Counted from the first letter of the whole stretch, positions 11,029 to 23,640 are shown. The stretch is DNA of 63,625 nt, filler included, from Octopus bimaculoides (GCF_001194135.2; 4 parts of 3 records of this genome joined end to end with filler, not necessarily neighbours in it); one strand, 5' to 3'. A program made the numbers and translations. The notes: generated by a model from the letters alone, not told the origin.

Positions 11029-12479
11029 TTGTTAATGAAGTGGACATGTTTGTTCATTTTCAAAAATATTCTTATTGAATCTTTGTATTTTTGTCTTGCA
11101 CAAAAAAATGTATTTGAAAAATATTCTTCAGTTTATCAATTTTGATAAAATATTATCAAACATCACTTATTAAATACAAAAATTCATTTTAACCATCAAA
11201 TATTTCATTTATTGTAGAAATTCTCTTATTTAAATAATCTGGACATGTATCAAATTTTAAGTATCTCCTAGGAAAATTCTATTCCAATCATTTATTCATT
11301 CCAATAATATTTTTTAATCAAATCTCTTCTTTATTGTAGCAAACAAAACAATTCCCAAACTTATTAGTAGCTATGAAATGATTTATTAAGTATTAAGTAT
11401 CTCACATAGCAATTTGTCTGCATATATAATATCTCTATAAAATATCTTTCTATTATGAAGCCCTGCACTTTGTGCTCATCTACTGCCATTATTCCATATT
11501 AGTGGGGAGAGATGGGTGACAGAAAATGTAAAAGGAAGAAAATAAACAAATAAATGTAAATTGAATAGAAAATCAAGAATAAATTGTTGTTGTTCTTGTA
11601 GTTGCTTCTGATGTTTTGAATGTTGTTGTGGTTAAGCCCAAAGTCTGACCATGTAGACATGTAATAGACATATAACTAAATATCATTTCAGTCATACCAT
11701 CCCATATCTTTTCAGCTTTTTCAGAACATTTTGTATTCATTATTTTTTCTAAGGCAGTAAGATGTGATTTGAGAAAAATTTGGCTGTTATTTCTAACAGG
11801 TTGAGCAAGCACATAGCAGCTTCCCTGATGATTCATTATTCTTGATATTATTGTTGTTTATAAGAAGCCTAAGTCTACTGTTTTGATTCATCTTTCTGAT
11901 TCTGAAGATATTAACATGTCCAATAAAATTGTTTAAGTTTTATTATAAGCAAATGTTCTAGCTTTGACTATTCCATCATCATAGTAAACAGGAAATTGAA
12001 AATGTTTTCGGAACAAAAGACAACTTTTGAGGTCTAACCCTTAGCCTAAATTTCATGGTGTTAAGGTTCACTATTGTGGTGTTGACATTTTGTTTCATAA
12101 CTTCTTTTCATTAACCTCTAATTTCATAATTTCTAATTTCATAACCTCTTTTCTTTAACCTGTAATTTCATGGTATTGATCTCTAGTTACATGGACAGGT
12201 CTCTGGACTGCCACATGTAACATTCTCAGATGATTCAGAACATGGTGCCTTTGCCATAGATGCATGTAGTAAATGAATATAAAACTCCAACCTTTTGGAT
12301 CATTGCATGATTACCTTATTGATTTGGGCACATGTGTTCTCATGTTGATGTTCGAAGATTTCCCATGATTGTGTATATATATATATATATGTGTGGGTGT
12401 GTCTAACAAGGAGTTTGAGTTGAAGGAAAAAGACTATCTTTGGTAAGAGTCTTTCTAATTCTTTTATAGTAGAGCTCAT

Positions 12480-12830
12480 CTTCCGCTAGCTTTGACATTT
12501 CATCCTTTCTCCAGCTCCTACTTGTAGCATAACAAACTACCTGCATGCAACAGTTTGAAATCTCAGAGTAATGACAATGCTTGGCCAGTCATACCAGATT
12601 GACATTAGTTTTAGAATTTTGATAGAAGTCTTTAAAGTCTTGTCACCTTATGAAGACTGGATAACAGTCATACTGTATGGAGAAAACCCAGCCATCAAGG
12701 ATCAAGTTTCAATGTGCAGATCTAGCAACATGCTATGGAATGTGTGCATCAGAGTATAGGGAAACCCATATAATGACTTGGTATACCTTCAGTTGTCTTG
12801 CTATTGGTTCAGGAAGTCAAGGGTGAGAGT
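12480..12830 (-). mobile_element. Decayed RTE-like LINE 3' fragment
   Basis: Weak resemblance to the post-RT region; many stops. Confidence 0.3.
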
Positions 12831-13094
12831 GTGAAGCTGGTCATATGACACAGTTTTCCCTCATTATAATCCAAGTCCAGTGCAAGCCAACATGCAAATT
12901 TCTTAGAACCACAATCATATGGCAGACCTTTCATTGCAGTAGCTGAGATATTACACACCTCACTAACAATTAAATACTATCACTACAATGGTTTTCTCTC
13001 ACATGAGGGCACAAAGAACATGTAGTATACGTAACAACTGTTGTGATTCTCTAATTACTCACTTAACTGCATCCTCTGTTGTTCCTGCTCTTTC

Positions 13095-13550
13095 AGAAGT
13101 GTTGTAGGTGTCTAAGTAGAAAAGTTTTAGTCATCTTCATAAATGAAGAAGGGATGTTGCAAGTATGAGGGTTATGGGTCAGTGCAGACGGTATATTTGC
13201 AGCTGTTTTTCTCTTTTGCCTAGCACCTCTAAGCCTGTTAATGCTGGTTGAAACAAAGTCTCTTATACTATTTTGACACAACGATCTCCATTTTGTTCTC
13301 ACCAAGTCTGTTTGCTCAAAGGTGTTGTGGGCCATATTGACTGCTGATAGGTTATTCTTCAACTTGTCCTTATATGTGAGCTATGGTCTACCAACATTCT
13401 TATGATCACAATCATACTGACTGTACATGAGGACTTTGGGTATTCTTTCGCCACTCATTCTGACAACATGGCCAGCCCAGCACAATTGCAACTGCATCAG
13501 GAAGCTTTTGAGTTCACCAATCTTGCACTTGCTAATCAGAAGATGGATAT
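13095..13550 (-). mobile_element. RTE (BovB-like) LINE C-terminal fragment
   Basis: LQLCWAGHVVRMSGERIPKVLMYSQ..NVGRP*LTYKDKLKNNL..RTKWRSLC. Confidence 0.85.
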
Positions 13551-13569
13551 ACATGATAGAGGGGGAGAG

Positions 13570-13645
<76 letters not shown>

Positions 13646-14149
13646 ATGGCTAGTATTAAGGAAAAATGATGATGGAAGTGGCTCTGATAAGACATATCTC
13701 ATGTGATATCATCTCACAAGTGGCATGGTGAGTAAAAGATAAAGTAACAAATGAGAGACAGTGATAGGACAGCAGGTGAGTGATACTGAAGAATAATGAA
13801 GAGTATAAGGAAGAAAGGGAGGAGAGTAATCAACATAAATTTTACATGAAGAAACTGGTTGAAGGAGTCTCAAATGTAAATGTGCAAATATGATTATATG
13901 GAAAAAATGAATGTAAATTGGTGAGGTTTCTTCAGGACAGTATTTTGTTATGTCCTGTGTTCCTTTGTCATTGCCTTTAAGTGGTTCAGTCTTCAAAATT
14001 TCATTTCATGTCTTCTTTGGTCTTCCTCTTTCTTAGGTTTGATCCATTTGATGCACTCAGTATTTTTTTTACATAAATGACATTTACCATATGCATCACA
14101 TAACCTTCCAAATTCTTCTTATATCCAATTTTTCTCTTATCTCATTTGT

Positions 14150-14190
<41 letters not shown>

Positions 14191-14243
14191 ATACACACAC
14201 ACACACACACACATACTTACATACATACATACATACATACATG

Positions 14244-14500
14244 CAAAAATACCCTGTTGCTGATGTTGACACTCCAATGAAGGAGCCTCGGATCTAGGTT
14301 AGAAACTGGCTCTTTCTCTATTGGCAAGAAATCTTGAAATAAAACATACATACATACATACATGCATACATACATACATACATACATACAAAAATACCCT
14401 GATGTTTGTGCTGAAATTCCAATAAAGGAGCCTTGGATCTAGGTTAGAAACCAGCTCTTTCTCTATTGGCAAGAAATCTTGAAATAAAACTGAATAATGA
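14244..14500 (+). mobile_element. Tandem pair of ~100-bp SINE-like tails, each preceded by (ACAT)n
   Basis: AAAATACCCTG..GGATCTAGGTTAGAAAC..CTCTTTCTCTATTGGCAAGAAATCTTGAAATAAAAC at about 14244-14344 and 14390-14490. Confidence 0.75.
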
Positions 14501-14524
14501 CGTGTACATGCATACATAGATACA

Positions 14525-15175
14525 TTTATGACCCAGTAGAGGGACCAGTAATCCAAGCTGACAGCAGTGTGGTAGGTAAAGTAATCAAGGATACAAAGAG
14601 AAGAAAAGTTGCAGGCCCATCAAGGATAGTTTCAGAAATGCTAAAAATATCTAAGGAAGTAGAGTACAAGATTACCACTCAAGTCATCCAGGAAGGTGAT
14701 ATACCAAATGACTAACATAACAGTATTGTTGTAAACTGCTACAAAGGGGGTTCAAACTTCTAAACCAAGTTGTGAAGGTTGCAGAGAAAGTAATAACCTA
14801 GTTGGTCCATGATAGATTGAATCTAGATAAGATGCAGCTTGGATTTGTCCCAAGAAGGTGCAGCACAGATGCAATCTTCCTAGTGATGCAACTTCAGGAG
14901 AAATACCTAAGAATAAACCACTATTCCTGGCTTTCATTTATTTGGAGAAAGCATTTAACTGGGTACCACATTCCATAATTTGGTGAGCTCTGAGGAAACT
15001 AAATGCTGATGATTGGCTTGTGTAAGTGATTCAAACGATGTACCTATGTACAAAGATGTTGTAAGAAAAGTGAAAGTTGGCAATGATTTCAGTGACGAAT
15101 TTAATGTGAAGGTAGGTGTTCATCAAGGTTCAGTCTTCAGTCCTTTCCTATTCATCATAACCCTCTAAGCCATTG
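14525..15175 (+). mobile_element. RTE-clade LINE RT fragment (same family as 4010-5030)
   Basis: VEGPVIQ..GPSRIVSEMLK..GFVPRRCSTDAIFLVMQLQEKYL..EKAFNWVPHSIIW..KVGVHQGSVFSPFLFII. Confidence 0.88.
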
Positions 15176-15619
15176 CTGCTGCAAAAGTAAACATAGTTTT
15201 TGGTCAAAAATTACGATATTATTACAATTGGAGTATTAGAATCAGTGAGGCATTGGCTGGAACATATCACATTAAATTTTGTATTCTCGGGCTAACATCA
15301 ACTTTGTTTTTTATTCTATTGGTGTTGATAAAATAAGTACCAATTGATGAAATAAATGCTAGCTATCAACCAAGATAGGCTACATTATGTGACCTAATGC
15401 TAATGTACAAGATCGTGGGTATTTTAAAGTTAATGAGATGGCTGACAGAAATAGTGAAGACTGAGTTAAACTTAATTTAGTAACATCCCTCAAATCCTTG
15501 AAGCTCAAATCCTATCAAAGTATACTTTGTGCTTCATTATTTTGTGGTCAATGATTTAAGCACCTTCATTTGCACCAGCTATGATAACTGAGGTAATTCT
15601 ATCATCAATTCAATTAACT

Positions 15620-17150
15620 ACTTAGTTTTAGGTCCTCCTGCACTGCCAACAAACACATTGGGCAGCAAGCTTCCTACACTGGGTTTAAAAGGCTGCTACT
15701 CTTGCAAGTCCATTTCACATAATGCTGGTTGTCTCGAGCTCATCTTGAAATGTCTGCTAATATTTGGCCAGCCCTGTTTACACTTGCCATCAGGTGGTAC
15801 CCAAGTTATTGCTGGTATTGAGTGCTATTGATCAGCTAAATGGAGAATGTGGCTAGCCAGGCATTATTGGTACTCTGCTATAATAATCTCTTGCAATGGT
15901 CATAATGTCACTCTTCTCAAAATCTCCTCATTTGTTACACAGTCCCACCAGTTGGCCCTCAAGATATTTCTGGGTCACCTTTGATGAAATACATTTAATT
16001 TTCTATCTGTCCTTACTGTGTTCTTCCAAGTCTTGTTGGCATAGATTGCATAGGCAGAATGATGGAATTATATAGGTGAAATTTTACATGAGTCCTGATG
16101 CTTGAGGCTATCCAGATGGAACACATACTCTGGAATACTGCCTTTTCAATCCTGCAGTCTATTTCCAGTTCCACATTACCATTGCTGCTTACAACACTGC
16201 CAAGATAGGTGAATTGATTCACTTCTCCTATCTTGTACTGGTTGACCTCGATAGCTACTTCTTGGCCCATGGTATTGCCCACTTCATCACTTTCATCTTT
16301 GTTGTGCTGATTGTTAACTCAATCTTCACCACATTTTCTTGCAGTAACATTGTCAACTCTTGCAGATCTGCACTACTTCTTCTATCAATGCAATATCATC
16401 TGGAAAATTGTGATCTTTCAGCATTGCCTACCCTTTTTAAAGGATTCCATACATAGTTGGGTCAACTCACTGTCGTTCTCAGACAAAGTTGGCAGACAGC
16501 AAAAACAGTAGAAGAAACAAGAGACAGGCTTGCCTGATTCTGTTGGCAATGTTGATGAACTCTGTCACTCCAGATGCATCTTCTACAGTGTTTTGAGTTG
16601 TTGTTCAATTTTTTGAAGATTTTGACAAAACACAGATGCCCTATGACATGACAATGGACCAGAAGGATTCTCTATGTATAGGAAGTTGATGAAGTTGACC
16701 ACTAGTGGTGTCTAGTATTCACACTGCTGCTTAATGGTGCTCCATACAGTGAAGTTCTGGTCAGTGCATGACCAATTACTTTGAAAGCAACTATTCTACA
16801 TGCAGAATAGAATCCATTGTTTGACAAAGTCTTATCAGTAGCACTGTGCAAAGCACCTTGCCAGGACTGACAGCAGTGTGATACCTCTCCAGTTATTGTA
16901 TTCTGTCAGGTTTCACTTCCTTAGCAATTTCACAATCACCCCTTGCTGCCAATCTTGAGAGACCTGCTCTTCTGACCAACAATGATTCATTTTTGTCAAT
17001 GCTGTTACAATGCTGCTACCACCATATTTCACTATTCTGCTGGGATTTTGTCCAGTTCTGTAGCCTAGTTGTTCTTCATGGACTTGATAATATCTCACAT
17101 TTCTTCTTCCTCAATTTGGCCATCACAGACTTCAAGAGAGGAGTAGTTGC
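15620..17150 (-). mobile_element. RTE-clade LINE RT plus C-terminus, decayed
   Basis: WQQGVIVKL..YNNWRGITLLSV..EVNQFTYLGSVVSSNGNVELEIDCRIEKA..KLNVFHQR..VTNEEILRR..AITWVPPDGK. Confidence 0.88.
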
Positions 17151-18254
17151 TATTTCCTACGTGAAATCAAATTGAGTAGGTCAAGTGTTTCTTGAAAGTG
17201 TTCCATTTACCTTTGTTCTCCACCAAAGTTTTACTATTCTTATTTTTATTGCTCTTTGCATTGCTCTTTGCATTGCTCTTTGTTCTTTCATACAATGTAA
17301 GTTGCAACCAATCAGATTGATTGTCTAACTCAACACATCTGATGAAATAAAATGGATATTTTGTTTCATAATTATGCAGCATTACACAGTCTCTACAGAT
17401 GTCACATATGAGTAAACAATAAATAACCATGTTCATGGAAATGATCATCTGATAACAGAAATTGTCTCCATCCCTTATTCATTTATTATTATTTACTTTG
17501 TAATAAATGTAGTAGAATTAGTTGTTATACAATCCTTGGGTTTATAGAGTGCATAATTATTGATTAACGATTCATTAATTGATTGATTAATGAGATGTAC
17601 TGTGGGTACTCTTCCTTGAGCATTTCATTAGCCAAATACTCATATGAGATGCTACTGGGGTGATAATCAAGAATGGCAAGATCCCTAATACTTTAAGAAT
17701 GCACATATGTCATTTGCTTACAGTAGTAGGTGAATATATTCTTAAGGTCAACTTTTAGTTACTCACAGGTACTTTTAGGCTTCATCACTAACTCAGTTCT
17801 CAACCAAGTAGAATGCATTTTATTTTAGCAATGATGGTCCAGTCTTAACCTACATTTTGAGATAAAATAGTTGAAATTCATTAAAATATTGGTCAAAATA
17901 TGTAATGTCAAAATTGGGAGAGTAAGGCAAAAAAAATTGACTTGGAATCAAAATATTTCAGTCATTTTAAAAGAAAAGTATAAATTAATTGAGAAGAATC
18001 TTTTGGTGAAAACTTTGTTAAAAAAGTATTTGCCATGGAAAAAGTAGTGTGTTTTAAGTGAAGCAAAAATGGTAAGTAACTATAAAAATTGACTTCGAAT
18101 CAAAATATTTCAACTTTTGTAAATGAAAACTATACAATAGTTGTGTTCAAATGAAAGAGCTCTATAAGTTGAATCTTATAGTGCAAGCCTTGTCAAAAAA
18201 TAGATGGATAAAAGGTAAAGATCTCTTTCGGTCATGAATGACCATGGGATTGCA

Positions 18255-18580
18255 CCTAGAAAGTTACCCTCTGAGTAATTCTTATTCTCTATCACAGCCT
18301 CTGGTTTATGTTCATACCACTTTTCTGTTATTTCAAAGCCATATACTTGGTTTACATCCCAATGCACTCTTTTACTTTCATAGCCATGCCTGCACTTATA
18401 CTCTTTTTGTGCTCACTTCTGCATTCACTCAAGAGATGGTTAATACTTTCATCTCCTTTCCCACAAATTCTGCAATTGCTCTGTGACTGAGTTTTGTCAC
18501 TCTTTCTATTCATTCTAATCAGATTCGTTCTAATGTCTTGTTCCTGAGTAGTTATAATTAGTTTTTCAGTTTCTCCATTT
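18255..18580 (-). mobile_element. R4/Dong-type non-LTR retrotransposon fragment (zinc knuckle and start of RLE domain)
   Basis: QEQDIRTNLIRMNRKSDKTQSQSNCRICGKGDESINHLLSEC..KEYKCRH..RVHWDVNQVYGFEITEKWYEHKPEAVIEN, with one frameshift. Confidence 0.8.
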
Positions 18581-18589
18581 CAACTTTTT

Positions 18590-19450
18590 GTTTATCAGCT
18601 AAAACCAGCTTTCTTTATTTCCAATATCCTCAGTTTTATTGCATGAAATTGAGCCATCATACTGTAGTTCTTAGGGAAACCTGCTTGCTTCCGTGGCTGT
18701 TGGTTATTGAAACGTTTTGATAGTATTATGACTTTTGTAAATAATTTGTATGGGTGAGACAAGAGGAAGACGGGATGGTAGTTTCTTAGAACTATCTTAT
18801 CACCCTTCTTGTGTAGCAAGATAGCATTCGATTCTTTCTACAGTGAGAGTATTTTACCTTGATTGAAGTAAAAAACAAGCATTTTTCATAGCTCTTCTCT
18901 TCTCTTTATCATCTCTGTTAGGCTATCTCTTCCTTGAGCTTTATCTGTTTTTATGAGCCTGAGGGCATTTTTAATTCCACTGACCAGAATAAATGGCACT
19001 TCTTCCAACATTTGTGACAGTAGAGGAACAAGGTTCACTGATGATTTTAAAAGGTTGGTATAGAAGGATCTGCATGCCTCTTCCATCTTCCCTTTGTCAT
19101 CATGAGCCTGTCTTTAAGCACTGTCACCTCTGATCTATACAGTACCATCTCTCTCTCTTGCACCTTTTAGACTTTTCCTCCCTTCTGCAGCAAGCATCAA
19201 CTTCTTCAGTCAATGATTTCCAAAGTCATTTTCCAAATGTTGTCTTATTGTTTTGCAGAGAACAGAATACTTGAGATGATGTTTCAAGATCCTCTTCATA
19301 GTTTCCATTTCTCTAACATTTCTTTTATCACCTCTGAGATCCTTCCATAAGGCTCTCGTGGGCTTACAATTCTCACTAAGACAAGACATTAAATGCCAGT
19401 CTCTTCAATAGCACTGTCCTACCTGCACTCTTATATGCTAGTATGATGTG
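18590..19450 (-). mobile_element. RTE-1-like LINE fragment (tether to RT start)
   Basis: SVLCKTIRQHLEND..AAEGRKSLK..MEEACRSFYTNL..LHKKGDKIVLRNYHPVFLLSHPYKLFTKVI..QQPRKQAGF. Confidence 0.85.
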
Positions 19451-19479
19451 AGCTTCAATGAAGATGGAAAAATATTGAT

Positions 19480-19770
19480 TGACTAAGGCACAAAGGGCTG
19501 GAAAAGATTTCTGCTAGGAATATGATTGTGAGAGCGTATCTAAAATGAGGTGATTTGAGAATAGAGTAGAATGGACAACATGATTGCAGAATACTGAAGG
19601 CATAAGTTCCACTGGGCTGGACATGTTACAAGATTGAAAACCAACAAATGGTATTCAAGAGATTGGAAAAGCTAAGGGAAAAAACTTCCATTATGGGAAG
19701 ACAATTTAGTAAAATAATTTGATGCAATATGGAAAACATTGGAAGTACATTGTGACCAGTGATGCATAAT
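19480..19770 (+). mobile_element. RTE-1-like LINE C-terminal fragment
   Basis: LTKAQRA..KFHWAGHVTRL.. remnants resemble the RTE QRAMER..WAGHVAR region. Confidence 0.6.
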
Positions 19771-19798
19771 AACATTTGATAGTCTGATTGATACAGAT

Positions 19799-19879
<81 letters not shown>

Positions 19880-20445
19880 AAATTGTGTGCTAAATGTAAG
19901 CAAACACCCCAGATATACAGGTGTTATCATTCATTCGCACTTTTCTATGAAAGCATGTCCAACCCTTGTGCAGTTTGTGTTCGAAGTACAGTGGGTAATA
20001 TTAACTGATTTGGAAACATAAAGATTGGAGACAGGAAGGTATCCCTCTGTAGAATATCTACTTCAACAAACTTTGTTTGACTCATCCAAGCATACACAAG
20101 TGGACTTTGAAAACAAAGATGATGGCAATGATGATGATGATGATGATGATGATGACGACGACGATGATGATTAGCACATTGTCATTCATGTGAAGGAATC
20201 ATTAAAAGAATCACTATTGCAAGGGAATAGCTTTCATTTCTAATAAATGTGTAACTTTTGTTTTTTTATCTGTATTTACCAGGATGACAGATTGCAGAAA
20301 GACAGTTTAATTACTTCAATTTATGTTTGTTCCTGAAATATTGCTCAGTCTCAGAGAAAAAGGAGGAAGACAGAGAAAGAGGAAGAGGGAAAAAAGAAAC
20401 TAAGAGAGAAAACAAAGGGACAATAACCTCTTTTATCTTTATTTC

Positions 20446-20492
<47 letters not shown>

Positions 20493-20501
20493 CGTGTGCG
20501 T

Positions 20502-20533
<32 letters not shown>

Positions 20534-21702
20534 AATTGCTTTCTGTCTGTTTCTACTTTATATGTCTCTGTAAATTAAAGTGTATATTAAAAAACATCTG
20601 AAGCAAACTATTTCTGTCTAAATTTTTCTGGTTAGTACATCCATAACACACACAAAAAAGAAAAATATGTATTACTAAAATAAAAAAAAAAGAAATAATA
20701 AAATCCTTTAAAATAATAAAATGGAATAAAATGATTGTCGAACATTGGTTATCAGCTAAAGAACAAGCAGTAGGCACTCAAATATACCTTTTAATACTTG
20801 GCATAGTTCTATTATAGGTAATGTGGGAGACAACAGAGAAAGCTTGACTTGCTATGAACATAAAATATCCCACCCGAATCTAAAAATGAATATAAGGCAG
20901 CATATTATATTATATTACATTATATTATATACCACTGCTGATGATGTATATACTACTGCTGATGATGTTCATGAGAGCAAGATAGCTTATTTACATAAGT
21001 ATGCATTCACATGCACATATAAATGTGTGTGAATATCTCACTCACTTTCTGTGCACATACATACATATGTGTATGTATATATATATATATATAATACAAA
21101 TGATATGTGAGCATATGAATATATACATACATATATGTACATACCTACATATATATATATATGTATACATACACATACACACACACACAAACACACACAC
21201 ACACACATACATACACCCACACCCACACTCACACAGACATAGAGAGACGGAGACAGAGAGAGAAAGAGAGAAAGATAAATATATACGTACACATATATAT
21301 GTATATGTAATATATGCATACATACTCACATATATATACTTTGTATGTATATATGTGTATATGTGCACACACAACACTCACACTTACATTCACACACAAA
21401 CACAAACACAAACACACACACACACACACAACACACTATAAATGTGGATACACATTGATGTATATATAGACAATCTAGCATGCACATAGGTTATGCGGGC
21501 ATTAATTTCTCATCTTTGTATATCTCAATATTTTTTACATGCACTCATATCAGATACACAGCACATAACATCACACTATACTCAAAGACACACAGTACAT
21601 AGACAAACACACATATTTACATATGCATCACAGCTATCATTGTCCTCAGTAATCTGTTCACTGTGTGCTATGTTAAATGTTTTACTTGTCTTTGTGTGTG
21701 TG

Positions 21703-21767
21703 GTTCGAATATTTGCTACTACCACCGAGATCTGCACCCGCGGTCGGCTTCACCCGGGCTCACGCCT
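21703..21767 (-). rRNA. Isolated ~65-bp 28S rRNA fragment (non-functional)
   Basis: Minus strand GGCGTGAGCCCGGGTGAAGCCGACCGCGGGTGCAGATCTCGGTGGTAGTAGCAAATATTCGAAC matches the conserved eukaryotic LSU segment GGTGCAGATCTTGGTGGTAGTAGCAAATATTCAAAC; flanks are not rDNA. Confidence 0.85.
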
Positions 21768-22313
21768 GCGACTAACTGTGTTACTGGCCAACTCCAGTGA
21801 AGCATGCAAGGGTATTGGAGAGGTAAACACTTCCTATAATATTGATAGACTTTTTCTAAGTAATTTGATATAGAGAAAAACATTCATTGTCAGTAAAGTG
21901 TAGTTAATAGCGACTGAGAGTTATGCAGNNNNNNNNNNNNNNNNNNNNNNNNNNNNNNNNNNNNNNNNNNNNNNNNNNNNNNNNNNNNNNNNNNNNNNNN
22001 NNNNNNNNNNNNNNNNNNNNNNNNNNNNNNNNNNNNNNNNNNNNNNNNNNNNNNNNNNNNNNNNNNNNNNNNNNNNNNNNNNNNNNNNNNNNNNNNNNNN
22101 NNNNNNNNNNNNNNNNNNNNNNNNNNNNNNNNNNNNNNNNNNNNNNNNNNNNNNNNNNNNNNNNNNNNNNNNNNNNNNNNNNNNNNNNNNNNNNNNNNNN
22201 NNNNNNNNNNNNNNNNNNNNNNNNNNNNNNNNNNNNNNNNNNNNNNNNNNNNNNNNNNNNNNNNNNNNNNNNNNNNNNNNNNNNNNNNNNNNNNATATAT
22301 ATATATATATATA

Positions 22314-23181
22314 CAGGGTGCAGTGAATAAACTATCATCTAAATTTTGCAAAAATGAAATAAAACTGACATCTCATTTTAACAGATATATTTATCAAAAT
22401 TACATAAAATATTTTGAAATACTAAAGAGTAAATTTATTCAATAAAATCGCCATTGGCTTCAACCACGGCCTTCAGACAACGTCAGAATCTCCTGCAACT
22501 CTTTTGGACGGTCTCCTTGTATAAGTTGGTGAATGCTGCTTTCAGTTCATCTTTGGTGTTACAGGGAGTTTTGTTGGTCTCTCACTCAACTGCACATCAA
22601 ATTCAAGGGGTTTGCAGTCTGAGGAGTTAGGTGACCAGATGTTAGAGGTGCTGTGGTCGCAGAAATTATCTGACAGCCATAACTGGGTTCTCCTGCTTGT
22701 GTGGCATGGTGCAGAGTCTTGTTGCCAGATATAGGGTCTTCCAGCAGCCACCCTCTTGATCCAGGGAAGCACTACCTCCTCCAGGCACTTGATGTAGGCC
22801 TCTGTTTTGAGTCTGAGGCTGTGTGGGAATATGAATGGGGACATGATGACACCATCACTAGTGATCACTCCAAACACCATGATATTGACTGGATGTTTCA
22901 TTTTTATCACTCTCAGTACATGTCCTCAGCTTGGACTGTCCTCAGATTGACACCTAAACACTCTGAACTGTTCATATTGGAGCTTCCGGTGTGAATACCA
23001 AGGAGTACATCATGTTGTTTCCAAATTTCTGGGAGAATGAATTGCATCATGGTGCTGTTTTTCTCACAGACGGTGCCCAACTGACCCTCCTATACTGTGT
23101 AGTCAACAAATTAAAAAACAAACAATGTGCATGCGCAAAATTAAAAATGTAATATGGCAACAATTTTCCCATCGCACCTTG
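22314..23181 (-). mobile_element. Internally deleted DD37D (maT-like) Tc1/mariner element, copy 1
   Basis: TIRs CAGGGTGC.. and ..GCACCTTG, TA on the left; KHPVNIMVFGVITSDG..WQQDSAPCHTSRRTQ..WSPNSSDCKPLE with 37 residues between the second and third catalytic positions. Confidence 0.9.
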
Positions 23182-23182
23182 A

Positions 23183-23215
<33 letters not shown>

Positions 23216-23259
23216 NNNNNNNNNNNNNNNNNNNNNNNNNNNNNNNNNNNNNNNNNNNN

Positions 23260-23271
23260 TTAATTAATTAA
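23260..23271. other. Assembly spacer TTAATTAATTAA embedded in an N gap (also 52591-52602 and 58582-58593)
   Basis: Identical 12-mer palindrome with stops in all six frames, flanked by Ns on both sides three times. Confidence 0.9.
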
Positions 23272-23454
23272 NNNNNNNNNNNNNNNNNNNNNNNNNNNNN
23301 NNNNNNNNNNNNNNNACAAGATTAGGTGAAAAGCGCTTTATATGATTTATAAAACATGTGACATAATAAAAATCTGTAAATCTACAACCATCCGGAATTC
23401 TGAGTACCTTAATTTTTTTCTATAATATAATTCCTGTACATCACCTCCAAACCT

Positions 23455-23486
<32 letters not shown>

Positions 23487-23640
23487 GACACTGCCGGATG
23501 GAATGGTACTGCCCAGGTATCGAAACCATAATGATAACCGTGGCGCAGCTGCTGATGAAGGTATGTTGGATTGTTGGTATGACTGTTTTTGTATATGTGG
23601 AATAGTATTATAACACATCCTTTACACACACACACACATA

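Noticed and set aside
17930-18130. Two copies of AAAAATTGACTT.GAATCAAAATATTT about 150 bp apart
   Set aside because: Diverged AT-rich satellite-like remnant; too little information to interpret.
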